Positions 39,101 to 47,660 of a stretch of DNA of 64,000 bases are shown in pieces (within the stretch, counting starts at the first letter, position 1; each line of letters opens with the position of its first letter). A program made the position numbers and the translations under genes. The DNA is from Lachnospiraceae bacterium. Lineage in GTDB: Bacteria > Bacillota > Clostridia > Lachnospirales > Lachnospiraceae. The stretch covers positions 1,911-65,910 of the forward strand of contig JAFXTJ010000007.1 in assembly GCA_017535945.1 (NCBI GenBank), read 5' to 3'. Below the pieces are notes generated by a model. It saw nothing but the letters and a program-made list of their open reading frames with translations. It had not been told where the DNA came from and ran no database searches.

Positions 39101-39497
39101 TGCCCGGGATCCTGAGGAAAAGAGCAGGATCTCGAATTTTGTGCTTTCTGCCGCCGGCAGGTCTCTGAAGATCTCCCGCAAAGCGGAGGAACTCATTGGC
39201 GATACGGTCTATGCCGCGCACAGATCGGCGGAAGCGCTTCTGTGTCTGCTGGAGAGCCTCTGCGGGGTCGATGACGAGGCCTGTCAGGTGCTGGCGGACG
39301 AGGCCTGGAAACGGCTCAACAAGTACCGGATGCAGACCGGCTCGCATCACAGTCTCCTGGATCTCGCCGAACTGATGGATGTCCTCATGCGCTGCAGCTA
39401 TCTCGAAGGCCTGGAGGCCATGATCCAGAAGCAGAGCTACACGGCAAGGCGGGAAGCGCTCCTGCGGAAGGTGGACGCATACGACCCGGCGGACTGA
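36135..39497 (+). CDS. DUF4062-domain STAND/NACHT-like NTPase with a long helical C-terminus (NLR-like)
   Basis: MRIFVSSTFRDFQLERD...DLRWG...CLEEID...IGDRYG...SVTELEI; Walker A APAGAGKS; Walker B FFLVDGLEQL. Confidence 0.82.
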   Translation: MRIFVSSTFRDFQLERDVLRNHVEPRLNALGKQHGLDYSFTDLRWGVDTLGLTEEESNRRVLSVCLEEIDRAGGMMLVMIGDRYGYRPGSERIRDAIAVHEARTGISFAADITDPDISVTELEILYGALSDPDKLSSTLFYFRETPEGSGEETLGDDEKRISDLKNRIMAAAPDRVRRYQAQEPGDLTADGGFADLVYRDLEEMVNAHKARLDAAIKEAADGSGISGDVYDAARYVAEQLKQEKRYREIRRTLADARSFDAGRFAGLLDKRMPSRMDDDLTAAILMHAPAGAGKSATAAAVAAVMERQGYETVPVYCDLSDELKQADGIMDYVRLTLQEKGDGRLFFLVDGLEQLDKAGAIRVFRFLDQTGDGDHRCLAVADDTAGLHLYFKRSRALQPLQLTEAERILESLQGRIGRRLSGPVREALLEKCFAEQDELPANPKWLYYALACLCLMNAEDFSEIAGMGDDMEAISSYQLREIGQLPRDPDQMAVRLIDRICESISDTARHAVDLIALSREGLTGPELQQILKNYSEELTPLELTRLINYTPGLFCERGDGRIDLAESPHGHVRRGLRKKIANTPEEKVFRKLMADHYTALLKEDPRHDRRFAELLQILIASGRFSAIPEIPGALQDDLTAVLLTDWLFDFKDPEEAGYLEQPGLWRSGIERSAGTVDPVPEATYAAIRRESMERDSAIRLSALPESPAHRAEQVIKGFALWCTMLAGDGKLSEFTSFIKHHFIPAYRVHRYEGYEYPVRMMCAILLKCFTFPEIGRGMASGQIREADPAQLMLPCIRLLFSTGFVKDRLTAMQFVSHSLGFDSAQICDAIMKTDPYLAGDADGSRMELTLTLLGMTYEYATHVRHGDLNGGTARELLNVCVLASYAVFKHMDDYLALDARSFNRDDIVTLVLTINAGYGMTLAEDGDPANAEEVFFSGIRSSIPEIDTDDLPVEDADMSLETRMQWFDRMDRIAWLYLALARFYMRFTDARDPEEKSRISNFVLSAAGRSLKISRKAEELIGDTVYAAHRSAEALLCLLESLCGVDDEACQVLADEAWKRLNKYRMQTGSHHSLLDLAELMDVLMRCSYLEGLEAMIQKQSYTARREALLRKVDAYDPAD

Positions 39498-39620
39498 TGA
39501 TGGATAAGGCTGCTGAAATACGCAGCTTGAGTGCCGGCGGACAGCAAAAGCTCCGCTCCGGGACATACCGCTTTCTCACGTTACATATATTGAGGCGCAG
39601 CATAAGTTCATAACTATATC

Positions 39621-39649
39621 TTGAATATTGCGCCGGTTCGTAGTAGACT
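39621..39649 (+). promoter_or_regulatory. Sigma-A promoter, leaderless geometry
   Basis: TTGAAT, 17-bp spacer, TAGACT, 7 nt before ATG 39657. Confidence 0.6.
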
Positions 39650-39656
39650 TGTCGTC

Positions 39657-39833
39657 ATGAGTGATCCCTGTGAAATGTGCATGTATTATCAGTATGACGA
39701 GGAATACGACTGCTATGAGTGCGGCGCGGGCCTCGATGAGGATGATATGTACAGGTTTCTGACGGGCAACGCCGGGGAGTGTGTGTACTTCCGGGCGGGT
39801 GATGAGTATCAGATCGTGAAACATCAGATGTAA
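39657..39833 (+). CDS. Small Cys-rich acidic protein (DUF6472-like)
   Basis: CEMCMYYQYDEEYDCYEC...LDEDDM...CVYF..GDEYQIVKHQM. Confidence 0.75.
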   Translation: MSDPCEMCMYYQYDEEYDCYECGAGLDEDDMYRFLTGNAGECVYFRAGDEYQIVKHQM

Positions 39834-39848
39834 GGGAGGAAGAAGAAA

Positions 39849-40517
39849 ATGAAGGACAGAATGAACAGGGCAATTGAGGAAATGAGGAACGAAGAGGACA
39901 ACTACTTCGAGGCCGGGACCAGAGGCAGGAAGAAGAGCCTTACACTTGTTGGGGCTGTTTTGCTTGCATTTATCATTGCATCCGTTTCTGTGGTTGGAGG
40001 ATTGGGGGGTGTATCGAGTGCTGTTGCAGATGGTACAGATGGTACAAATCAAACTTACAGTCCAGCTGCAAATGGTGACGAACACGATCACGGCGCCGAC
40101 GGAGATCACCAGCACAGTTATGCATGGAGGACCACAAAGGATGCCACCGAGAACGAGGATGGCGAGATGGCATATACCTGCACCGGCTGCGGCCAGGTGT
40201 TGTACCGGATCGCGATCAGCGGTGCCGGCGCCTTCAATGAGAAAATTGCGGATCAGATCAGCAAGGCACCCAAGAACGGCACCGTACAGGTTTCCACCGA
40301 CCGCTGGAGTTCCTTCAACAAAGTTGTGCGCGATGCCCTTCAGGCCAGACCCGATGTCACATTGGAGCTGACCTATCTGGACGGTGCTTACAAGGGTAAC
40401 CAGATGAAGGTTGTGATCCCGGCGGGAACGGACGTGAGCAAGCTCTTTGACGAGAACGGCTATGCCGGCTTCACCTTCCTCGGCAAGACGCTCGGCGCCA
40501 CACAGATCAAGAAGTAA
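39849..40517 (+). CDS. Exported or membrane-anchored hypothetical protein with a His-rich/CxxC segment
   Basis: RBS gggagg; TM/signal LVGAVLLAFIIASVSVV; EHDH...HQH, CTGCG; C-terminus IPAG...LFDENGYAGF. Confidence 0.78.
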   Translation: MKDRMNRAIEEMRNEEDNYFEAGTRGRKKSLTLVGAVLLAFIIASVSVVGGLGGVSSAVADGTDGTNQTYSPAANGDEHDHGADGDHQHSYAWRTTKDATENEDGEMAYTCTGCGQVLYRIAISGAGAFNEKIADQISKAPKNGTVQVSTDRWSSFNKVVRDALQARPDVTLELTYLDGAYKGNQMKVVIPAGTDVSKLFDENGYAGFTFLGKTLGATQIKK

Positions 40518-40525
40518 GACGAAGC

Positions 40526-41830
40526 ATGCATATCAGACTCTACAACGCGAGGATCCTGACGATGGCGGATGACGGCGAGCCCTTTGCGGGCGAGCTGTGG
40601 ACCGCGGACGGCAGGATCCTTTTTGCCGGAACGGATGCGGAGGCGGCGGACAGGCGGCGGGAGCATCCGGCCGATGTACCGGCCTTCGATGAGGAGATCG
40701 ACTGCAACGGCGATCTGATCCTGCCCGGCTTTAAGAACGCTCACACACATTCCGCCATGACGCTCCTGCGTTCGCGGGCGGACGATCTGCCGCTCGACAA
40801 ATGGCTGAATGAGCAGATCTTCCCCGTGGAAGCGAAGATGACGGAGGAGGATATCTACACGCTCACGAAGCTGGCGTTCCTCGAATACCTGACGAGCGGC
40901 ATCACAGCCTGCTTCGACATGTATCTGACCCCGCGTTCCATCGCCAGAGCGGCCAGGGATGCGGGTTTCCGTATGGTGCAGGTCGGCGCTGTGAACAATT
41001 TCTCCCAGTCCCCCGCGCTCGTTGAAGAGATGTACAGGGAACTGAACGGCGCCGATCCGTACAATTCCTACATGCTCGGTTTCCATGCGGAGTACACCTG
41101 TTCCAAAGAGCTTCTCGGGCAGATCGCCGCACTGGCGGAGAAATATCAGGCCCCGGTCTACGCACATATCTCGGAGACGGCGGGAGAAGTAGCCGGCTGT
41201 AAAGAACGATACGGCATGACGCCGGTCGCATTTCTCGATTCTCTCGGCATGTTTGCTTACGGCGGCGGCGGATACCATCTGGTCCATGTGACGGAGGATG
41301 ACATCCGGATCCTCAAGGACCGCGGCCTCTACGCGGTCACCAACCCCGGATCCAATACGAAGCTTGCCAGCGGGATCGCACCGGTATCCGATTATCTGAA
41401 GGCAGGAGTTCCTGTCGCGATCGGCACCGACGGTCCGGCCTCCAATAACGCTCTGGACATGTTCCGGGAGATGTTCCTCGTGACCGGCCTGGCGAAGCTC
41501 CGTGACAACGACGCCTCGAGCGTGGATGCGATCGAAGTGTTAAAGATGGCCACGGTGAACGGTGCACGTGCCATGGGACTTGACGATGCGGATATCCTCG
41601 CGCCGGGCAAGCGCGCGGATCTCATCCGGATCGATCTGCAGGCTCCCAATATGCAGCCTGTGAACAATATCCGCAAGAATCTCGTCTACAGCGGCTCCAA
41701 ATCAAATGTCCGTCTGGTGATGATCGAAGGCCGGATCAAATACCGGGAGGGGAACTTCTTCCTGGATGAATCCCCGGAGGATCTCTACGCGCAGGCGGAG
41801 CGCATCAAAGCGCGGATCGACGGTAAATAA
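40526..41830 (+). CDS. Amidohydrolase, MtaD-like (MTA/SAH deaminase family)
   Basis: PGFKNAHTH, HAEYTCS, HISET, NPGSNTKLASG, GTDGPASNN. Confidence 0.88.
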   Translation: MHIRLYNARILTMADDGEPFAGELWTADGRILFAGTDAEAADRRREHPADVPAFDEEIDCNGDLILPGFKNAHTHSAMTLLRSRADDLPLDKWLNEQIFPVEAKMTEEDIYTLTKLAFLEYLTSGITACFDMYLTPRSIARAARDAGFRMVQVGAVNNFSQSPALVEEMYRELNGADPYNSYMLGFHAEYTCSKELLGQIAALAEKYQAPVYAHISETAGEVAGCKERYGMTPVAFLDSLGMFAYGGGGYHLVHVTEDDIRILKDRGLYAVTNPGSNTKLASGIAPVSDYLKAGVPVAIGTDGPASNNALDMFREMFLVTGLAKLRDNDASSVDAIEVLKMATVNGARAMGLDDADILAPGKRADLIRIDLQAPNMQPVNNIRKNLVYSGSKSNVRLVMIEGRIKYREGNFFLDESPEDLYAQAERIKARIDGK

Positions 41831-41835
41831 CCCGT

Positions 41836-43584
41836 ATGAGCGATCCCGGCTTTTTTCTGATCGGTCTCGTTTTATTTTTCCTGCTCGCGGCTGTCGCAGG
41901 CATCATCAATGCGCGCAGGGAGGAAGCTGCTTTCCGGGAAAAACTGCGCAGCTCCTACGGCGGTCCGCCCATGAAAAAATATTCACCGGAACAGATCGCA
42001 CGGATTCCCCGGTATTTTGAAAAACACAGGGATGCCGCTTCCTGGCCCGTCGATGATATCACAGCCGTCGATCTGGATCTCTGGTCACTTTATGCGAGGA
42101 TCAACTATTGCCTTTCCGCGGCAGGCGAGGAAGTCCTATATCATCTGCTGCGCACCCCCTTGTATGAGAAAAAGCAGCTTGCCAAGAGAGAAGAGGAACT
42201 CTCCTGGCTGTCCGTCAACGGACAGGCCAGACTTGACCTGCAGGCCGCCTTTCATACACTCGGCGGTTCCGGGAAATATTCCGTTTACGATTATCTGGAT
42301 ACGCTGAAGCTCATCGACCGGAAATCAAATCTCCCGCATTATCTCGGTGTCCTCGCGATCATTGCCGCAGCGGCACTCATGCCGTTTCAGTTCGCGGCAG
42401 GGTTTATTCTGCTGCTGGCCGTCATCCTATGGCAGATCATCAGCTATTATCGCGCGAAGAACGAAAGTGACGCTTATCTGTCGACATTTTCCTATATTCT
42501 CCGTCTGAACGGCTGTGCGCAGCGGATCAAAAGCATCCTGGAAAGGGAAGATGAATTGCCGGAGCCGTCAAAAGAACGTCTGACAACACTGGACCACTGC
42601 ATGTCCTCCCTGAAGGACTTCCGCAAGGGCGCTTCCGTCCTCATGAGTTCCTCGAGGATGAGCGGCTCGGGAAATCCGGCGGACCTCATAGCCGATTATA
42701 TCCGGATGCTCCTGCATGTCGATCTCATCAAATTCAACCAGATGGTGCGTGAGGCCGGGAAGCGGAGTGGTGAGATCGACCGGCTGATCACGGCGCTCGG
42801 CGAGCTGGAGGCCCTGATCAGCATCGTATGCTATCGTGCATCCCTCGACCGGATCGATGACAACACCTGGTGCGTGCCCGCTTTCCATGAGGATAAACAG
42901 CTTACGGTCAGGGAACTGAGGCATGTCCTCATCGAAGAAGGAGCCGTGCCGAATTCCATCTCCGTCACGCGTGATGTGCTGCTGACCGGGTCCAATGCCT
43001 CGGGAAAATCCACCTGGCTGAAGGCCCTGGGACTTGCTGCGGTCATGGCGCAGACGGTCCATACGGTGACGGCGGCTTCCTACGAATCGTTTTTCTGCCG
43101 CACCTATTCTTCCATGGCGCTGCAGGATGATCTGCAGGCGGGAGAAAGCTATTATATCGTCGAGATCCGTGCGCTCGGCAGGATCCTGCAGGCGGCGGAG
43201 GAGGAACAGGCACCGGTGATCCTCTGCTTCATCGATGAAGTCCTGCGCGGGACCAATACGATCGAGCGGATCGCTGCTTCCGCACAGATCCTCAGGTATT
43301 TTGCCGGGAAACGGGCGCTTCTGTTTGCGGCGACACATGATACGGAGCTCACGACGCTGCTTGAAGGACTTTATGACAATTATCATTTTGAGGGGACCCT
43401 GACAGAAGAGGATGTCCATTTTGACTATCTGCTGAAAGAGGGTCCTTCCGTCACGCGCAACGCGATCGGTCTCCTCAGACGGTTCTCCTATGATCCGGAG
43501 ATCACAAAGAGAGCCGAAGCGATGGCCACACATTTCATCCGGACCGGAGAATGGGTGGCGGATCCGGCGGAGGCGGGATCGTGA
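41836..43584 (+). CDS. Membrane-associated MutS-related ATPase (MutS domain V, no mismatch-recognition domain)
   Basis: TM segments; [36 protein letters not shown]. Confidence 0.9.
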   Translation: MSDPGFFLIGLVLFFLLAAVAGIINARREEAAFREKLRSSYGGPPMKKYSPEQIARIPRYFEKHRDAASWPVDDITAVDLDLWSLYARINYCLSAAGEEVLYHLLRTPLYEKKQLAKREEELSWLSVNGQARLDLQAAFHTLGGSGKYSVYDYLDTLKLIDRKSNLPHYLGVLAIIAAAALMPFQFAAGFILLLAVILWQIISYYRAKNESDAYLSTFSYILRLNGCAQRIKSILEREDELPEPSKERLTTLDHCMSSLKDFRKGASVLMSSSRMSGSGNPADLIADYIRMLLHVDLIKFNQMVREAGKRSGEIDRLITALGELEALISIVCYRASLDRIDDNTWCVPAFHEDKQLTVRELRHVLIEEGAVPNSISVTRDVLLTGSNASGKSTWLKALGLAAVMAQTVHTVTAASYESFFCRTYSSMALQDDLQAGESYYIVEIRALGRILQAAEEEQAPVILCFIDEVLRGTNTIERIAASAQILRYFAGKRALLFAATHDTELTTLLEGLYDNYHFEGTLTEEDVHFDYLLKEGPSVTRNAIGLLRRFSYDPEITKRAEAMATHFIRTGEWVADPAEAGS

Positions 43585-44072
43585 TGCACGTATCGATCTA
43601 TACGGACGGCTCGGCCCGCGGCAACCCGGAGGGTCCGGGCGGTTACGGCGCGATCATCCGTTATGTGGATCCCTCGGGGACTGTCCATGAGCGGGAATAT
43701 GCTCAGGGCTACGATAAGACCACCAACAACCGGATGGAGCTCATGGGAGCCATTGTCGCTCTCGAACACCTGACAAAGCCCTGCGAGGTTGATCTATACA
43801 GCGACTCGCAATATCTCATCAACGCGATGACGAAGGGGTGGCTCGCCAAATGGCAGAGGAATAACTGGAAAACGAGCGGCAGGGATCCGGTGAAGAATAA
43901 GGAACTGTGGCTAAGGCTCACGGATGCCGCGGCGATCCATACGGTCAACTGGCAGTGGGTGCGCGGCCACGCGGGACATCCGGAGAACGAGCGCTGCGAC
44001 GAGCTGGCGACCACTGCGGCGGATGCCGATCCCGAAACACTTCTCCATGATGACGGCGGAGATCTCAAATAA
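43584..44072 (+). CDS. rnhA: Ribonuclease HI
   Basis: [41 protein letters not shown]; ATG 43584. Confidence 0.96.
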   Translation: MHVSIYTDGSARGNPEGPGGYGAIIRYVDPSGTVHEREYAQGYDKTTNNRMELMGAIVALEHLTKPCEVDLYSDSQYLINAMTKGWLAKWQRNNWKTSGRDPVKNKELWLRLTDAAAIHTVNWQWVRGHAGHPENERCDELATTAADADPETLLHDDGGDLK

Positions 44073-44075
44073 TTT

Positions 44076-44104
44076 TTTACAACCATCTTTCAATGTGATA
44101 CAAT
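44076..44104 (+). promoter_or_regulatory. Sigma-A promoter of xpaC-telA, leaderless geometry
   Basis: TTTACA, 17-bp spacer, TGaTACAAT, 7 nt before ATG 44112. Confidence 0.7.
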
Positions 44105-44111
44105 ACGTGCT

Positions 44112-45443
44112 ATGGGCGACATTAACGATCTCTTAAATGTAGGCAACGGTATCTTAAACGACGTGACGCACGCCATCGAGACCGGCAATTTTGACGGCCT
44201 CGGAGCGCGTACGAAGGAGCGCGTCACCTTTGCGGCGACCCAGTTCACACAGACAGGCGTTCAGCCAGGCTACCGGGGCCCGATCCCGAGGCATACCGCA
44301 CCGCTCAGACAGACGGCAGGGCAGAGAGGCGGACGGCCCGGTACGCAGCCCGGCAATATGACGGCAGCCTACAGGCAGCCCGGTTATCAGCCCTATCAGT
44401 ACAATACGCCGAACGGCTCTTATTTCCTCGCCAGACCGCAGAGACGGCTTGCGGGTGTCGGTCAGATCGTTCTGGGTTCCATCGGCACCTTTATCGGCGG
44501 GATCGGCGCCCTTTCCTCCTTTGGCGCGGCCGTGACTGCCAGCGCGGTCGGAGATATCGCGGGTGCCGGGATCATCGGAGCAGCGGCCGCGGGGACCGGG
44601 ATCTTCTTCTCCGCGATCCTGTTCATCTCTCTCGGGGTACTGCGTTCCGGTATCAAGATGAAGAATCTGATCAGGCGCTATTATGAATACGGAGCCGCAG
44701 TCGGCGGCGCCGAATATTTCAATATCGAACAGCTTGCGGGTAAAGTCGGGACGACGGCCAGGGAACTGACGAGGGATCTGGAGACGATGATCCGCAAGCA
44801 TATCCTGCCGGGCGCCAGGATGGACCGCAAGAAGACCACCTGCATGCTCACGGACCGCGCCTATCAGCAGTACCAGCAGGCGGAGCAGAGCCGTGTCGAA
44901 CGCGAGGCGCAGGCACAGATGCGCGGAGAGCCGGTGATCGATACCAAGAAGGAAGCGGATTCCGAGGTGAAGCGCATCCTTGATGACGGCAACCGTGCGA
45001 TCATCCAGGTCCGCGCGATCAATGACGAGATCCCGGATACGCAGATCATGTCCGACAAGCTCTACCGTCTGGAAGAGATCATGCGCAGGATCTTTGAGCA
45101 GGTGCAGAAGGATCCGACCAGCGCGCCGGATCTCAGACGTTTCATGGATTATTATCTGCCCACCACCACCAAGCTGCTCACTGCCTATGTGGAACTCGAC
45201 AAGCAGCCGGTGCAGGGCGAGAATATCAAGAAGACCAAGGCGGAGATCGAGACCTCGCTCGACACGATCAACGATGCCTTTGAACAGCTCCTGGACGGCA
45301 TGTTCTCCGATATGGCCATGGATATCTCCACCGATATCTCGGTAATGAAGACAATGATGAAGCAGGATGGCCTGTCGCAGGATGACGCACTGTTCGGGAA
45401 CGGCCCCGTGCCGCAGCCCGAAGGACTGAAATTCGGAGAGTAG
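44112..45443 (+). CDS. XpaC-family (5-bromo-4-chloroindolyl phosphate hydrolysis) membrane protein
   Basis: Two TMs; C-terminus LRRFMDYYLPTTTKLL...AFEQLLD...DISTDISVM...DGL; adjacent to telA. Confidence 0.87.
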   Translation: MGDINDLLNVGNGILNDVTHAIETGNFDGLGARTKERVTFAATQFTQTGVQPGYRGPIPRHTAPLRQTAGQRGGRPGTQPGNMTAAYRQPGYQPYQYNTPNGSYFLARPQRRLAGVGQIVLGSIGTFIGGIGALSSFGAAVTASAVGDIAGAGIIGAAAAGTGIFFSAILFISLGVLRSGIKMKNLIRRYYEYGAAVGGAEYFNIEQLAGKVGTTARELTRDLETMIRKHILPGARMDRKKTTCMLTDRAYQQYQQAEQSRVEREAQAQMRGEPVIDTKKEADSEVKRILDDGNRAIIQVRAINDEIPDTQIMSDKLYRLEEIMRRIFEQVQKDPTSAPDLRRFMDYYLPTTTKLLTAYVELDKQPVQGENIKKTKAEIETSLDTINDAFEQLLDGMFSDMAMDISTDISVMKTMMKQDGLSQDDALFGNGPVPQPEGLKFGE

Positions 45444-45498
45444 ATCTCGCAGATAGAGTAACCGTTCCATCAATCAAACACAAGAAAGGAAGAAGATC

Positions 45499-46659
45499 AT
45501 GGCGGAAGCATTGGAAGAAATGGCAGTACCCACCCTCACATTCAACGCCGAAGAGGCGGCCGCGGAGGCACCGAAACCCGCCGCAGCGCCCGTATCGACG
45601 GAGGAGCGCAATCAGACCATGGCGAACGATGCGCAGCTGACCCCCGAGGAGATGGCGCAGGTCGACGCTTTCGTCACGCAGATCGATCTGTCCAATTCCC
45701 AGGCCATCATGAACTACGGCGTAGGGACACAGAAGAAGATGGCGGATTTCTCCGAGAAGGCCATTGACAATGTCCGTTCCAAGGATATGGGAGAGGTCGG
45801 CGCCATGTTAAGCGGCCTCGTCACCCAGCTCAAGGATTTTGATGTGGACGAGAACGACAAGGGGCTCAAGGCACTCTTCAAGAAGGGCGGCAACAAGATC
45901 GTCGCGATGAAGGCCAAGTATGCCAGGGTCGAGACCAATGTCAATGCGGTCACCTCCGAGCTTGAGAAGCACCAGGTGCAGCTCATGAAGGACGTGGAGA
46001 TGCTCGACCGCATGTACGAGCTCAACGCGAATTACTTCCGCGAGCTCACCATGTATATCATCGCCGGTAAGAAGCGTCTGGAGAAGGCGCGCAATGAGGA
46101 ACTGCCGGCTCTTCAGAAGAAGGCCGAGGAATCGGGCCTGCAGGAGGACGCACAGAAAGCCAAGGATTTCGCCGATCAGTGCGCCCGCTTCGAGAAGAAG
46201 CTGCACGATCTGGAACTGACCCGGACGATCGCGATGCAGACCGGCCCGCAGATCCGCATGGTACAGAGTTCCGATACGGTCATGGCGGAGAAGATCCAGT
46301 CGACGATCGTGAACACGATCCCGCTGTGGAAGAATCAGATGGTCATCGCGCTCGGCGTCGAGCATGCATCTCAGGCGGCCAGGGCGGAGCGTGAGGTCAA
46401 TGACATGACCAACGAACTGCTCAAGAAGAATGCGGATAAGCTCAAGGTCGCGACGATCGAAGCGGCCAGGGAGAGCGAGCGCGGCATCGTCGATATCGAG
46501 ACCCTGCGTCATACCAACGAGCAGCTGATCTCCACGATCGACGAGGTCATGGCAATCCAGAAGGAAGGCCACGACAAGCGTGTCGCGGCGCAGCAGGAAC
46601 TCGTGGATATCGAGAACCAGCTGAAGCAGAAGCTGCTCATCGCGGCAAAGGCACAGTGA
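45499..46659 (+). CDS. Toxic anion resistance protein TelA/YaaN
   Basis: IMNYG..TQ, LHDLELTR, TIPLWKNQ, TNELLKKNA, RGIVDIETL. Confidence 0.93.
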   Translation: MAEALEEMAVPTLTFNAEEAAAEAPKPAAAPVSTEERNQTMANDAQLTPEEMAQVDAFVTQIDLSNSQAIMNYGVGTQKKMADFSEKAIDNVRSKDMGEVGAMLSGLVTQLKDFDVDENDKGLKALFKKGGNKIVAMKAKYARVETNVNAVTSELEKHQVQLMKDVEMLDRMYELNANYFRELTMYIIAGKKRLEKARNEELPALQKKAEESGLQEDAQKAKDFADQCARFEKKLHDLELTRTIAMQTGPQIRMVQSSDTVMAEKIQSTIVNTIPLWKNQMVIALGVEHASQAARAEREVNDMTNELLKKNADKLKVATIEAARESERGIVDIETLRHTNEQLISTIDEVMAIQKEGHDKRVAAQQELVDIENQLKQKLLIAAKAQ

Positions 46660-46671
46660 GGCAGACCGGAC

Positions 46672-46977
46672 ATGGAGACGATCGAATTCCGGTACGATAC
46701 GCAGCTGCTGCTTGACAAGTACGGTCTGGACGAGGATGAAGCGGACGATCTCGTGGATGAGATCCGCGATCATATCATCGCCACATTTCAGGGCGACAGC
46801 CTGCTGGTGGCCGGAGACACGGGTGAGGATGCCGTGGGTGGCGCCAAGGCGGTCATCAAGCTGCATTATCATACCAATGAGCCCTGGCTGGTCCTTGCTT
46901 ATTGCAGGACGCTCGGCGAGATCTACGACATCGTCGTGGAGGACATGCAGCGCCAGACCAACGGACTGCAAGGGTGA
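46672..46977 (+). CDS. Stand-alone DAK2/FakA middle-domain-like protein
   Basis: FRYDTQ...GDSLLVAGD...IKLHYHTNEPWLVLAY...GEIYDIVVEDMQRQ resembles the FakA YCTE...DSLVV...KVHVHT..P...IENM segment. Confidence 0.7.
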   Translation: METIEFRYDTQLLLDKYGLDEDEADDLVDEIRDHIIATFQGDSLLVAGDTGEDAVGGAKAVIKLHYHTNEPWLVLAYCRTLGEIYDIVVEDMQRQTNGLQG

Positions 46978-47651
46978 GCAGATATTACATCTCCGACTGT
47001 CACTTTTTCCATGATGCCCTGAACCGGCAGATGGACTGCAGAGGCTTCGCCGATGCGGAGGAGATGAACCGTGTGATGCTCGAGCGCTGGAATGCGCGCG
47101 TGAAGAAAAAGGACGAGGTCTATATCCTTGGGGATTTTTCCTACGGAAATGCGGAAGAGACGAACCGGATCCTGGATGCGATCCACGGTCGTCTCTTTTT
47201 GCTGCGCGGCAATCATGACCGGTTCATTAAGAGCAGGGAGGCGCACACGGACCGTTTTGAGTGGATCCGGGATTATGCGGAGGTACATGACAACAACCGG
47301 CGTGTGATCCTGTGCCATTATCCCGTCATGTTCTATAACGGACAGTACAGGAGACAGCCGGCGAAGACCGGCGGATTTGGCGATCCGGCTGATATCCCCG
47401 CGGACGACCGCATGCCCCGTACCTGGATGCTTTACGGCCATGTGCATGATACGGTGGACGAACGCCTCATGCGGCGGTTCATCGCGATGACCAGAGAGAC
47501 CGTGCGTACCGACAGGGAGGGGCAGGAGTATCATATCCCCTGCCAGATGATCAACTGCTATTGCGGTTATTCGGATTATGTACCGCTGTCACTGGATGAA
47601 TGGATCGAGAATGACAGAAAACGGCAGGAGGGATCCGAAAACGATACCTGA
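46974..47651 (+). CDS. Calcineurin-like metallophosphoesterase
   Basis: ISDCHF, ILGDF, RGNHD, LCHYP, YGHVH; GTG start overlaps the upstream stop. Confidence 0.9.
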   Translation: MSRYYISDCHFFHDALNRQMDCRGFADAEEMNRVMLERWNARVKKKDEVYILGDFSYGNAEETNRILDAIHGRLFLLRGNHDRFIKSREAHTDRFEWIRDYAEVHDNNRRVILCHYPVMFYNGQYRRQPAKTGGFGDPADIPADDRMPRTWMLYGHVHDTVDERLMRRFIAMTRETVRTDREGQEYHIPCQMINCYCGYSDYVPLSLDEWIENDRKRQEGSENDT

Positions 47652-47660
47652 CCTGCGCTG

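Noticed and set aside
39500-39600. Possible riboswitch or ncRNA after the STAND gene
   Set aside because: Only short hairpins are visible, with no riboswitch consensus I recognise; the downstream gene has its own promoter
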